Below, piece by piece: positions 1 through 8,045 of a stretch of DNA of 39,806 bases. Origin of the DNA: Candidatus Iainarchaeum sp. (GTDB lineage Archaea; Iainarchaeota; Iainarchaeia; Iainarchaeales; GCA-2688035); contig NZBU01000004.1 in the NCBI GenBank assembly GCA_002688035.1, forward strand, positions 1-39,806, read 5' to 3'. Both the position numbers and the translations under genes were made by a program. Under the pieces are notes generated by a model that was not told the DNA's origin, made no database searches, and saw only the letters and a program-made list of their open reading frames with translations. Numbering within the stretch: position 1 is the stretch's first letter; the number at the start of each line of letters is the position of its first letter.

Positions 1-170
1 CAGGCTTTTTCTTAGCCTTACGCTTCTTAGCCTTACGCTTCACAGGCTTTTTCTTAGCCTTACGCTTCTTAGCCTTACGCTTCTTAGCTTTTCTCTTCGC
101 TGGCTTTTTCTTAGCCTTACGCTTCTTAGCTTTTCTCTTCGCTGGCTTTTTCTTTGCTACTTTTTTCTTG
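1..170. repeat. Imperfect tandem direct repeats: a 15-nt core cttagccttacgctt nested in units of about 42-57 nt. They are coding and encode the lysine-rich protein.
   Basis: Repeated blocks ggctttttcttagccttacgcttcttagccttacgcttc... are visible directly in lines 1-170. Confidence 0.8.
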
Positions 171-178
171 GCCGCCAT
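1..178 (-). CDS. Partial, lysine-rich tandem-repeat protein (KRKAKK/KKKPA repeats; histone H1-tail-like polycation). The gene starts at 178 and runs off the window edge.
   Basis: The reverse complement reads ATG GCG GCC AAG AAA AAA GTA GCA..., giving MAAKKKVAKKKPAKRKAKKRKAKKKPAKRKAKKRKAKK... with no stop before the window edge. GGAGGTGA lies 8 nt upstream of the ATG (revcomp of 187-194). The DNA shows imperfect tandem 15-nt (AGCCTTACGCTTCTT) and longer repeat units. Confidence 0.6.
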   Translation of the reverse strand, partial: MAAKKKVAKKKPAKRKAKKRKAKKKPAKRKAKKRKAKKRKAKKKPVKRKAKKRKAKKKP

Positions 179-363
179 TTTCAATGTCACCTCCGAAAAA
201 AAATTTTCAATGAATAATAGATAACTAGTTCTATTTACCTTGAAAGTAGTATTTAAATGTTTCACTCGCAAAAAATTGTGTAAAAACTTTTTTAAAAAAT
301 AAAAAATATTTTTATTGTGCAAAGAAATAAAATAAAAATAAAAAAAAGTCAGAAAAAAGAAAG

Positions 364-606
364 TTATTCCTTTTTCCCGTGCTTTGAACCGATCATTGAT
401 GCTGCACTAAGAAGCGCCGCACTCAAAACTACAAATTCTGCTGCTGGTTTTGCATTCAACATATTTGCGTTGTACAGTAACTCGGCACTGTAAGCAATGA
501 TCCAAAGGTTTATGGAAAAGAATACTAATCCAAGAATAACCAATACTACAGCCGACGCAACCAAAAAAACTATTGCACTCAAAGAATGTGCGGTTTCTCC
601 AATCAA
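364..606 (-). CDS. Small membrane protein (80 aa, two predicted TM helices).
   Basis: The ORF is co-oriented and immediately downstream of priL. It has hydrophobic segments IVFLVASAVVLVILGLVFF and FVVLSAALLSAASMI. No recognisable family. Confidence 0.35.
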   Translation of the reverse strand: MIGETAHSLSAIVFLVASAVVLVILGLVFFSINLWIIAYSAELLYNANMLNAKPAAEFVVLSAALLSAASMIGSKHGKKE

Positions 607-646
607 AAACTCACCTCCACCTTATTCCAATTATACTTTCTATAAT

Positions 647-1675
647 TTATTTGTTTGGTCTGATGGTTTTCGTTTGATTGTTGCGATTGAGCTCGCGCAG
701 CATTCGCTTGTAATAACTTAAAGGATGTTTTATTCTGCACTCAATACTTGTACAGACACCGTAACTCTTTATTTTTTCGCAGCTTGCCAAAGCATAATTT
801 TGTTCTGCAATTCTTCTGATCTGATAGCCCGCAATTTTCTGATCAAAATCTGGACTCTTTTTGAATACGGAAATAATTTGATCTTGGGGCATCCCTATGG
901 CATTAAGAAAAGTGGCAAGAAAGAAGCGCGCCATATGAGGCAAACGCTCGCCTGAAATAATTTTTTGATAAAGTGAAGCCATACAGGGCGGAAAAGCGTT
1001 TGGATTCATTTTTCCCTCGACTTTGAAATTAAACTCACGGGTCTGCGCTTTTTTTGCATCGATGGATATTTGTTTTGCAAATGCCCTAAAACTTTTTGGA
1101 ACGGCGCCTGTTGGGACTGGCAAATCGCTTAGTATTCGAACAAAAACAATCTCGCTTAAGAATCGGAGGAAAGAATTTGTATTAAGAAAAACAGTTCCAG
1201 ATTCAACATGCTGGTTAACGAGTTTGAGATTTTTATCATTAAATTTTATCGAAAGAAATTGTGTAAGTGGAACAGATACAAAAAAATCGTTCTTTTCAAG
1301 CATGCTAAAATTGATGTCAAGACCCTCAGCCAAATCAAGCGCCAACTGTTTTCGCTCCTGCGAACTTTCGAGATATGAAAAAGTTGAGCGTGCAACCATT
1401 AATGCAAATCGTTTGTAGAACGATCTATCATCCAGTAGTGAGACAAGAATCTTTGCTATTGGAAAAGCCGCGATCTCTTGTTCAAGTAAATCTGTTGTTT
1501 TTATTTCAAGGGTGTATTCTTTTCCTTTGAAGGCGCGCGAGATCATTACTGCGGCACGGTTCATCGTTTCCTCATCAATTGTTTCAAGACTAAGATTTGA
1601 TTCTTTTAATATTCTCTTAGCTAAAGGGGAAAAAGGAAATTTTTGCGCAAACTGAAGCTGTTCCAAACTCGGCAT
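647..1675 (-). CDS. priL: DNA primase large subunit PriL (regulatory/Fe-S subunit).
   Basis: 342 aa. The motif HMARFFLATFLNAIGM matches the conserved RFxLxxFLKxIGL helix of PriL/Prim2. A C-terminal Cys cluster (CEKIKSYGVCTSIEC) is consistent with the 4Fe-4S domain. PCNA is the neighbouring gene. Confidence 0.75.
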   Translation of the reverse strand: MPSLEQLQFAQKFPFSPLAKRILKESNLSLETIDEETMNRAAVMISRAFKGKEYTLEIKTTDLLEQEIAAFPIAKILVSLLDDRSFYKRFALMVARSTFSYLESSQERKQLALDLAEGLDINFSMLEKNDFFVSVPLTQFLSIKFNDKNLKLVNQHVESGTVFLNTNSFLRFLSEIVFVRILSDLPVPTGAVPKSFRAFAKQISIDAKKAQTREFNFKVEGKMNPNAFPPCMASLYQKIISGERLPHMARFFLATFLNAIGMPQDQIISVFKKSPDFDQKIAGYQIRRIAEQNYALASCEKIKSYGVCTSIECRIKHPLSYYKRMLRELNRNNQTKTIRPNK

Positions 1676-1710
1676 AATAGAAAATAATGGGTTAGAAGTA
1701 ATAAAAAGAG

Positions 1711-2436
1711 TTACAGTATCATGTGAGCGAGATGGAACTCTATTGGGGAGGCCCCTATCTTATAACTGACTTTCATCGGAGCATCACTCTTGAGTTCTAA
1801 CAGAATCTTTTTATCGGGATCTGCTTCCCGCACAATACTTTGCAAAAAGTTCAAACTGTATTTGCTGACGACCTCTGACTTGCTCTCAACCGAAACATAT
1901 TTGGTTTGCTTGGCAACACTTTTCAGGGTTCCACTGCTCCCTCTAGCTTCAATGATGAGTTGGTTGTCTTTTACACGCAGAACAACACTACTTCCAAATA
2001 GGGAAGCGTCTTTTAGTGCTTCTCTTAAAATTTTGCTCTTTATATCAATGCTTGCGTCAAAGCTTGTTTTTGGAATATTGACTTCGTCGTCGCTCACATC
2101 TATTAGAGGCAGTGAGAACGACCTGCGAATAGATCCTTCAAGACGCAGGAGCATTTCGGAGTCTGTTAGATCAAGTACAAGCTTGTCGTTTGGCAAAGCC
2201 CTTGATAAGATTTTGCTCATTTCTACCAGGTCAACACCCACAAAAGTAGGTTCAATGGAGTACTTCTCAAACACCTTTTTATCCATATCAAAAATAACGT
2301 AAACAATCTGGCTGGGGTCAATTGCCTTAAAGCTGATGCCGTTCTCTGAAAACCTAAAATTGCCCTCAGAGATGAAAGAAGAGATAGCCTCTATAGCCTT
2401 ACGCAACTGGTCAACATTCTTTAATTCGATAGTCAT
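1711..2436 (-). CDS. pcn: DNA polymerase sliding clamp PCNA (paralog 1).
   Basis: MTIELKNVDQLRKAIEAISSFISEGNFRFSENGISFKAIDPSQIVYV... has a typical PCNA N-terminus and length (~241 aa). The preferred start is the ATG at 2434-2436, preceded by GGGGGAATGG (SD-like). The ORF-track start at 2448 is 4 codons upstream. Confidence 0.85.
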   Translation of the reverse strand: MTIELKNVDQLRKAIEAISSFISEGNFRFSENGISFKAIDPSQIVYVIFDMDKKVFEKYSIEPTFVGVDLVEMSKILSRALPNDKLVLDLTDSEMLLRLEGSIRRSFSLPLIDVSDDEVNIPKTSFDASIDIKSKILREALKDASLFGSSVVLRVKDNQLIIEARGSSGTLKSVAKQTKYVSVESKSEVVSKYSLNFLQSIVREADPDKKILLELKSDAPMKVSYKIGASPIEFHLAHMIL

Positions 2437-2466
2437 CCATTCCCCCATTAAAAAATGGGGCCGATG

Positions 2467-3264
2467 TTATTTAAAACAATTTCCTTGAAAGGCTGCTGCG
2501 CCGATGGCCGTACCGCTCCCCCCAAGCTTTGGAAACATCGGGGTTGGACCATAATAAGCTAATACTCGTTTGATAACCTTTTTTACCATTGGAAATTGGC
2601 AGGTCTTACCAATAAAAACAATTTTATCATGTTTCTCCTTCTTTGCAGCCAATGCAGCAATAACGGCATTGGTTTCAGCCACCATATTTTGGATTCCGAG
2701 GGCCAATGTAGCTTTCTTGACCTTGTGCGGTTTTACAAGGTTACTTGCAGTGGCGGAACCAGGAACTAAGCCGATGCCCGAACCAATTGCCTCTTTAACG
2801 GTTAAATCTGTTTTGGATAACTCGCCCTTACTGGCTAAGGACCCCAAATTGGAGGCCTCATTTTCTCCGACAAGCCTATGTGAGAGACCAACTATTGTCC
2901 CGCCACCCAAGCCTGTTCCTGCAACATGCTTTATTTTCCCATTCTTAAAAGAAACGATGCATGTTCCAGTGCCCATGGAAACAATAAGAGCATTCTTATA
3001 TTTTGAGAGGAATGCTCCGCCAAAACCAATTGCTTTGAGCTCTGGAACACGATAAATGGGTTTGCCGAACATATTTTTTTGTTTGGTCTTGTCCCCAGTA
3101 AGCGCAATATGGTCAATGGTAGAAAGATTGATATTGTTCTTGGCTATGGCTTTTTCAAGATTTTTGAGTGCCCCGGGTTTGATGAAAAAGGTTTTTTTTA
3201 CGCGGCAATTTTCAAGTAGAGCCACATCAGTTGTGCTTATTCCAAAATCTATTCCAAGTATCAT
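2467..3264 (-). CDS. coaA: Pantothenate kinase, type II (eukaryotic fumble-like, ASKHA fold).
   Basis: MILGIDFGISTTDV gives the ASKHA phosphate-1 motif. VSMGTGTCIV...GTGLGGGTIVGLSHRLVG...LASKGELSKTDLTVKEAIGSGIGLVPGSATASNL matches the fumble/PanK-II core (GGGTxxGL...DxxVxDIYGG). The gene sits in an operon with panC, panB and coaBC. Confidence 0.65.
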   Translation of the reverse strand: MILGIDFGISTTDVALLENCRVKKTFFIKPGALKNLEKAIAKNNINLSTIDHIALTGDKTKQKNMFGKPIYRVPELKAIGFGGAFLSKYKNALIVSMGTGTCIVSFKNGKIKHVAGTGLGGGTIVGLSHRLVGENEASNLGSLASKGELSKTDLTVKEAIGSGIGLVPGSATASNLVKPHKVKKATLALGIQNMVAETNAVIAALAAKKEKHDKIVFIGKTCQFPMVKKVIKRVLAYYGPTPMFPKLGGSGTAIGAAAFQGNCFK

Positions 3265-3272
3265 GTTCTTAC

Positions 3273-4115
3273 CTACAACAACTCGTTATCTATCAACCTT
3301 GTTTTTCCAATCCTAACAGCCAACAATAACACGGTCTTTCCTTTCTTCAGCACTTTTATTTTATTTAAGTTTGACCTATTTCTTAAGGCAATATACTCCA
3401 CTTTTGCCAATTTCTCTTTTGCAACAAAATTATTTAATTCCTTTTCAATTGCTGCGACATCGATTTTGCCTTGCTCAACCATTTCTTTCGCCAACTCTAT
3501 TGCTTTGTGTAACACCAAGGCTGCACTTCGCTCTCCTGTGGAAAGATAATTGTTTCTGCTACTCATAGCTAATCCGTGCTTTTCTCTTACAATAGGACAG
3601 ACCTCAATTTTCAAATCAAAGTTAAGGTTTTTAGCTAATCGCTTTACAATAAGGGATTGTTGGAAATCTTTCTGGCCAAAGAAAGCAATATGTGGCTTAA
3701 CCGCGTTAAAAAGTTTTGTTACAATGGTTGCAACTCCGTCAAAGTGACTTGGGCGGGAGCTTCCTTCAAGATCACTTGTTGTCTTGTTTAGGTGAATAGT
3801 TGTTTCGAATCCGGAAGGATACATTACATCATTGTCCGGAGCGAAAACTATATCAACGCCTCTTTGCTCACAAAGCTCCAAATCTTTTTTGAAGTCTCTT
3901 GGATATCTGTCAAGATCCTCTCCCAGTGCAAACTGAGTTGGATTAACATAGATGGAAACTACCACTACCTCACATTTTTTCTTTGCTTGATCAACCAGGG
4001 ACAAATGTCCTTCATGCAAAAAACCCATTGTAGGCACAAAACCAATTTTCTTTTTGCTGCAACGCTGCTCATCTGCAAACGCTTGCATTTCTGCCAATTT
4101 TTTTATTACTCGCAT
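3273..4115 (-). CDS. panC: Pantoate--beta-alanine ligase (pantothenate synthetase).
   Basis: Contains PTMGFLHEGHLSL (HIGH-class motif) and FGQKDFQQ. Length is 280 aa. Lies downstream of panB. Confidence 0.9.
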   Translation of the reverse strand: MRVIKKLAEMQAFADEQRCSKKKIGFVPTMGFLHEGHLSLVDQAKKKCEVVVVSIYVNPTQFALGEDLDRYPRDFKKDLELCEQRGVDIVFAPDNDVMYPSGFETTIHLNKTTSDLEGSSRPSHFDGVATIVTKLFNAVKPHIAFFGQKDFQQSLIVKRLAKNLNFDLKIEVCPIVREKHGLAMSSRNNYLSTGERSAALVLHKAIELAKEMVEQGKIDVAAIEKELNNFVAKEKLAKVEYIALRNRSNLNKIKVLKKGKTVLLLAVRIGKTRLIDNELL

Positions 4116-4132
4116 AAAAAAACCGCCAAAAT

Positions 4133-4900
4133 TTATTGAAAAGAAGTCTCCTTACTGGGAAAGCGCCCTAATCTTACATCCTGTTTGAAGTTTGTAACCG
4201 CTTTCTTTATACTGGCGGAAAGATTAGCATATCTCTTTACAAAACGCGGTTTGAATTCAGGGTTTAGACAAAGCAGATCGTTTGTAACAAGAACCTGACC
4301 GCTGCAATGCTTGCCAGCGCCAATGCCAATAGTCGGAATATTGATGGTGTTAGTTATTTTTTCAGCGAGGTTCTCCGGGATGCACTCAAGCACTATGGCG
4401 AATACGCCAAGTGATTCAAGCTTCATTGCCTGCTTCAATATTTTTTCAGCATCTTTTTCCTCTCTACCCTGCACACGATATTGCTTTGTTGTTTGAGGCA
4501 ATAAACCAAGATGACCCATAACTGGAATTTTTGCCTTAATAAGTGCGCTTGTTACTTTTGGGTTCAGGCCCTCGGTTTTAATTGCGTCTGCCCCTGCTTT
4601 AAGCAGGAGTCTTGCGTTAGACACTGCTTTTTTTGTAAGGCTATAAGTGCCACGCGGCATATCTGCAACAATCGGCGTGCTCTTAATTCCATTTGCAACA
4701 GCTCTGGTGTGGTGCAGCATGTCATCCATTGAAACATTTCTCGTATTATTATACCCTAACACAACCATGCCAAGACTATCCCCTACAAGAACAATGTCTA
4801 CGCCTGCACTCTCAAGCAAGGTTGCCGTCTGACAATCATAGGCGGTAAGCATCACTATTTTTTTGCCAACTCCTATTTTTGAAAAGTTGATTTTTTTCAT
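4133..4900 (-). CDS. panB: 3-methyl-2-oxobutanoate hydroxymethyltransferase (ketopantoate hydroxymethyltransferase).
   Basis: Contains KIVMLTAYDCQTATLLESAGVDIVLVGDSLGMVVLG and the ...IKTEG... motif. Length is 255 aa. The start overlaps the coaBC stop by 4 nt (ATGA), indicating translational coupling. Confidence 0.9.
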   Translation of the reverse strand: MKKINFSKIGVGKKIVMLTAYDCQTATLLESAGVDIVLVGDSLGMVVLGYNNTRNVSMDDMLHHTRAVANGIKSTPIVADMPRGTYSLTKKAVSNARLLLKAGADAIKTEGLNPKVTSALIKAKIPVMGHLGLLPQTTKQYRVQGREEKDAEKILKQAMKLESLGVFAIVLECIPENLAEKITNTINIPTIGIGAGKHCSGQVLVTNDLLCLNPEFKPRFVKRYANLSASIKKAVTNFKQDVRLGRFPSKETSFQ

Positions 4901-6069
4901 TTAACCAGAGCCAAGATTTTGTTTGCAATATCTTTTTTGTGCATTAGGCCAAAGTGCCGAACCTTTTTGGCCCTGTCCACAACATAAACTTCGTTGCTAT
5001 TATGACCAATTCCCCCTGTCTTCTTTTTAAGATCGTTTGCGACAATTAAATCTGCCTTGGATTCCTTGAGTTTTTTGAAAGCACTTTCAACCAACTGTTT
5101 TTCGGGAACACCGTACTCTGCTTTAAAACCAACCAGGAAAATTTTTTTGTTCCATTTTTTGACCTGATCGAGAATTTTTGCTGTTGGAGTGAGTTTAAGC
5201 GAGAAAGATTTTCCGCTTTCAATTTTACCCTGTTTTTCTTTGAGGGTGTAATCTGCGACTGCGGCAGTATGAATCATTATTCCTGCTTTACTGTTTTTCT
5301 TCACAGCCGTGAACATTTCTTTTGCACTATTAACTTTGATATCTCTCATTTGCTGAGTCGGCTCGACTTTTGTTGGACCCCTAATCAGTATTACTTTTGC
5401 TCCGCGTACTACTGCAGCATCCGCAATCCAAACTCCTGTTTTGCCGCTGCTTTTGTTGGTCAAATATCTTAGACTGTCAATTGCTTCAACTGTTGGCCCG
5501 GCAGTAACAAGAATTGTTTTTCCCGCCAAATCTTTTTCAGCAAGGCTGTTGGAAATTGTTTCTACAACACTTTTTACAGGAGGGAACTTTGCTTTGCCCT
5601 CCTCCACTCGTGGTTGCATGAAAGACACGTTAATTCTTTTCAATTTGGCAATGTTCTCCTTGACAATAGGATGCTTGTACATTGAACCATGCATTGCAGG
5701 CACAATTATCAAAGGAATTCCAGTGCCCAAAGCAGTTGTAACAAAAGTTGTGACTGCTGTATCATCAATTGCATTTGCGATCTTGCCAATTGTATTGGCT
5801 GTTGCCGGCGCAACTATTATAAGGTCAGCCTTTTCAGGAACATTTCCTGCTAGTTTTACGTGTTCAACATTCCCGGTAATTCTAGTTACAACCTTGTTGT
5901 TTGAAGCCCACTCCAGTACATCTTGGTGTATAATACCCTTAGCGGACTTTGATATTACACAGAAAATATCGGCGCCTAGTCTACGCAGCTCTCTGACAAG
6001 CTTAGGCGTTTCAATGGCTGCAACACTCCCGGTTACACATACAACAATCTTTTTTCCACGCAAGTTCAT
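4897..6069 (-). CDS. coaBC: Bifunctional phosphopantothenoylcysteine decarboxylase / phosphopantothenate-cysteine ligase (Dfp/CoaBC).
   Basis: GKKIVVCVTGSVAAIETPKLVRELRRLGADI gives a flavoprotein N-domain. ...LIIVAPATANTIGKIANAIDDT... and the C-terminal CoaB domain are present. The chosen start is the ATG at 6067-6069 (MNLRGKKIVV). The ORF-track start at 6279 would overlap the upstream K+ channel gene. Confidence 0.85.
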   Translation of the reverse strand: MNLRGKKIVVCVTGSVAAIETPKLVRELRRLGADIFCVISKSAKGIIHQDVLEWASNNKVVTRITGNVEHVKLAGNVPEKADLIIVAPATANTIGKIANAIDDTAVTTFVTTALGTGIPLIIVPAMHGSMYKHPIVKENIAKLKRINVSFMQPRVEEGKAKFPPVKSVVETISNSLAEKDLAGKTILVTAGPTVEAIDSLRYLTNKSSGKTGVWIADAAVVRGAKVILIRGPTKVEPTQQMRDIKVNSAKEMFTAVKKNSKAGIMIHTAAVADYTLKEKQGKIESGKSFSLKLTPTAKILDQVKKWNKKIFLVGFKAEYGVPEKQLVESAFKKLKESKADLIVANDLKKKTGGIGHNSNEVYVVDRAKKVRHFGLMHKKDIANKILALVK

Positions 6070-6163
6070 AGGATGATCCCCGCACAAACCCCAGTAAACA
6101 AATAGAAACCAAAAGGCAATAAAAAGACTTTCATCGTAACAATGTTCGGCAAACGACGAGGAG

Positions 6164-6523
6164 TTATGGTTTTTCTTCATCGATATTTTCGGGTATTTTG
6201 TGTCTATACAGGAGATTACGCAAGTGCTGGATTTCATGTTCTTCAAATTGTTGACTTCTTTCCACATACCACTTTGCAATAACCCCTAATCCATAGAGAA
6301 CAAGGGCAACACCCATTATTGCATAAAAAACGGCGAATAATTTGCTCAAATCATTTGTTGGAACAAGGTCGCCATAGCCAATTGTTGTAAGGGTCATCGC
6401 ACTAAAATAGAAGCTGTCAACAATGCTCCAGCCCTCAAGGAAAGTAAATGCAATAGTGCCAATTGTCATAAGTATGACAAGTGTTAATATGACAAACCCA
6501 ATCTTAATCTTTGTTTCAACCAT
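6164..6523 (-). CDS. Minimal two-TM potassium channel (pore domain only, 119 aa).
   Basis: Carries the canonical selectivity filter TLTTIGYGD, flanked by two hydrophobic helices. There is no RCK or voltage-sensor domain. Confidence 0.8.
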   Translation of the reverse strand: MVETKIKIGFVILTLVILMTIGTIAFTFLEGWSIVDSFYFSAMTLTTIGYGDLVPTNDLSKLFAVFYAIMGVALVLYGLGVIAKWYVERSQQFEEHEIQHLRNLLYRHKIPENIDEEKP

Positions 6524-6566
6524 GTAGGAAGAATAAGGATAAAGGGGTTAATAAGTTTTTTCTCTC

Positions 6567-7313
6567 TTACTCGGACTCTATTCTTGGAGCCAAAAAATAG
6601 GTTAGTGAGGCTGCGCCAATGCTGTAGGATAATTCAACAGGAGCGTTGCTCTTTAGTTTAATGCTAACCTCGGCATCTCCACTCGGTACTTTAAGCATGT
6701 CCCTCAAATAGTCCAGTGGAAACATACTTGATGCAGGGCTTGAAGCATTTAGTTCAATGAGGTTTTTGTCATCCTTCTTAGTTTCATTCTCCAAAGACCC
6801 CTTGCTACTGTTTGCTTTAACAAAGAATTTATCGCTTTCAACTCCAAAAGAAACGTGACTGCTAATCAGAGCCGCATCTTTTAATGCGTCCTGCAAAACA
6901 GCGGCTTTAAGCTTTACAGTTGCATCAAAGTCAATTTTTGGATTTGGAAGTTCTACTGAACTAATGTCAATCAGTGGAACTTGGAAGCGCCTGGTGCTTG
7001 CTCCCTTGAACTGCACTATTAAACGGCTTTTGTCCTCACTTAATTCAAGTGAAAGCATATCAGTGCTCTTTGCCCTGGACATTATCTGATTTAAATAGTC
7101 GAGGTCCATCCCGAGCTTCATTTTGCTTTCAACGCTGTATTCTTTAAAGGACCCTTTAGAGAGTTCAAAGTCAATCATTGAAATCTGAGAAGGGTCAGTA
7201 GCTTTTAGAATAAGAGCGTTTTCATCAAGAATAAATTCGGCCTCGTCAATAAGAACCGAGATAGCCGCAATACTCTTCTGAAAATCAACGGCCTTCTCTA
7301 AAACAAGCTTCAT
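6567..7313 (-). CDS. pcn: DNA polymerase sliding clamp PCNA (paralog 2, divergent).
   Basis: MKLVLEKAVDFQKSIAAISVLIDEAEF...KATDPSQISMIDF...FQVPLIDISS... has a C-terminal ...LAPRIESE tail typical of PCNA. The start is the ATG at 7311-7313. The ORF-track start at 7340 adds 9 aa. Confidence 0.8.
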   Translation of the reverse strand: MKLVLEKAVDFQKSIAAISVLIDEAEFILDENALILKATDPSQISMIDFELSKGSFKEYSVESKMKLGMDLDYLNQIMSRAKSTDMLSLELSEDKSRLIVQFKGASTRRFQVPLIDISSVELPNPKIDFDATVKLKAAVLQDALKDAALISSHVSFGVESDKFFVKANSSKGSLENETKKDDKNLIELNASSPASSMFPLDYLRDMLKVPSGDAEVSIKLKSNAPVELSYSIGAASLTYFLAPRIESE

Positions 7314-7362
7314 CCCAACACCAACTAAGATTGAATGCAATTAAGTTTAAAATGCTATTCCG

Positions 7363-8031
7363 CTAAATCGGAAGCAAGTCACAGTAATAAAAGCGGTTCT
7401 CACGCAGCACTTTCTCACCAATTTTGTGAGCAACAGATTCCTGAAATATCGGGCCTTCATATACAAAAGAGTGAAATTCTCCGTTCTCTCCACAAGGATC
7501 AACTCCCTCTGGAAGATCTTCCAGGAAAGCTTTGTTGAATTCTCTTCCGCAAAACTCTTTTGGGAGGAGCTCTGTGTCAACACACGTGATAATTGATTTG
7601 AAACCACTTGCAATGAATTGATTGGCAAGTTCTCCTGTATTGCTTCCCCAAATGGGAAAGAGCGCTTTCATTCCAACCAGGTCAAGGTTCTTTTGTCTGT
7701 AATCGCGAATGCCCTCAAGGAAAATGTCTCCAAATGCGACAGATGAAACTCCTTCTTCTTTGTAGGATTGCAGAATACTTTTCATTCTAGATTTATATTG
7801 TTTGTGGGAAGCGTCTTTTGTTATTGGCATTTTTTCCAGTGGAAGTCCTATTGACTTAGCTTGTTTTTCAAGAAGCTTGGTTCTCACACCATGCATGCTT
7901 ACCCTATCATAAGCATCGGTTATAGTGGTAAGGAGAGCCAGGATATGATATTGTTTGTTAGCTTGAATTTTATGGAGAGCGATTGCACTGTCTTTACCAC
8001 CACTCCAGGTAAAGATTATTTTCTCAGGCAT
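7363..8031 (-). CDS. Diphthine--ammonia ligase / Dph6-like PP-loop ATPase (MJ0570 family).
   Basis: IIFTWSGGKDSAIALHK contains the PP-loop SGGxDS motif. Overall ~220 aa, matching the N-terminal domain of diphthamide synthetase. Confidence 0.7.
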   Translation of the reverse strand: MPEKIIFTWSGGKDSAIALHKIQANKQYHILALLTTITDAYDRVSMHGVRTKLLEKQAKSIGLPLEKMPITKDASHKQYKSRMKSILQSYKEEGVSSVAFGDIFLEGIRDYRQKNLDLVGMKALFPIWGSNTGELANQFIASGFKSIITCVDTELLPKEFCGREFNKAFLEDLPEGVDPCGENGEFHSFVYEGPIFQESVAHKIGEKVLRENRFYYCDLLPI

Positions 8032-8045
8032 TGCCCCTCTGCCAA

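Noticed and set aside
1-170. The tandem direct repeats at the window start could be a CRISPR array.
   Set aside because: The repeats are contiguous, with no unique spacers. They maintain an open reading frame encoding KRKAKK units downstream of an ATG with a strong SD. They are coding, not CRISPR.
497-1418. Plus-strand ORFs (497-721, 725-955, 1023-1418) antisense to the small membrane gene and priL.
   Set aside because: They have low-complexity composition and no motifs, and they sit entirely within well-supported minus-strand genes. They look like typical spurious antisense ORFs.
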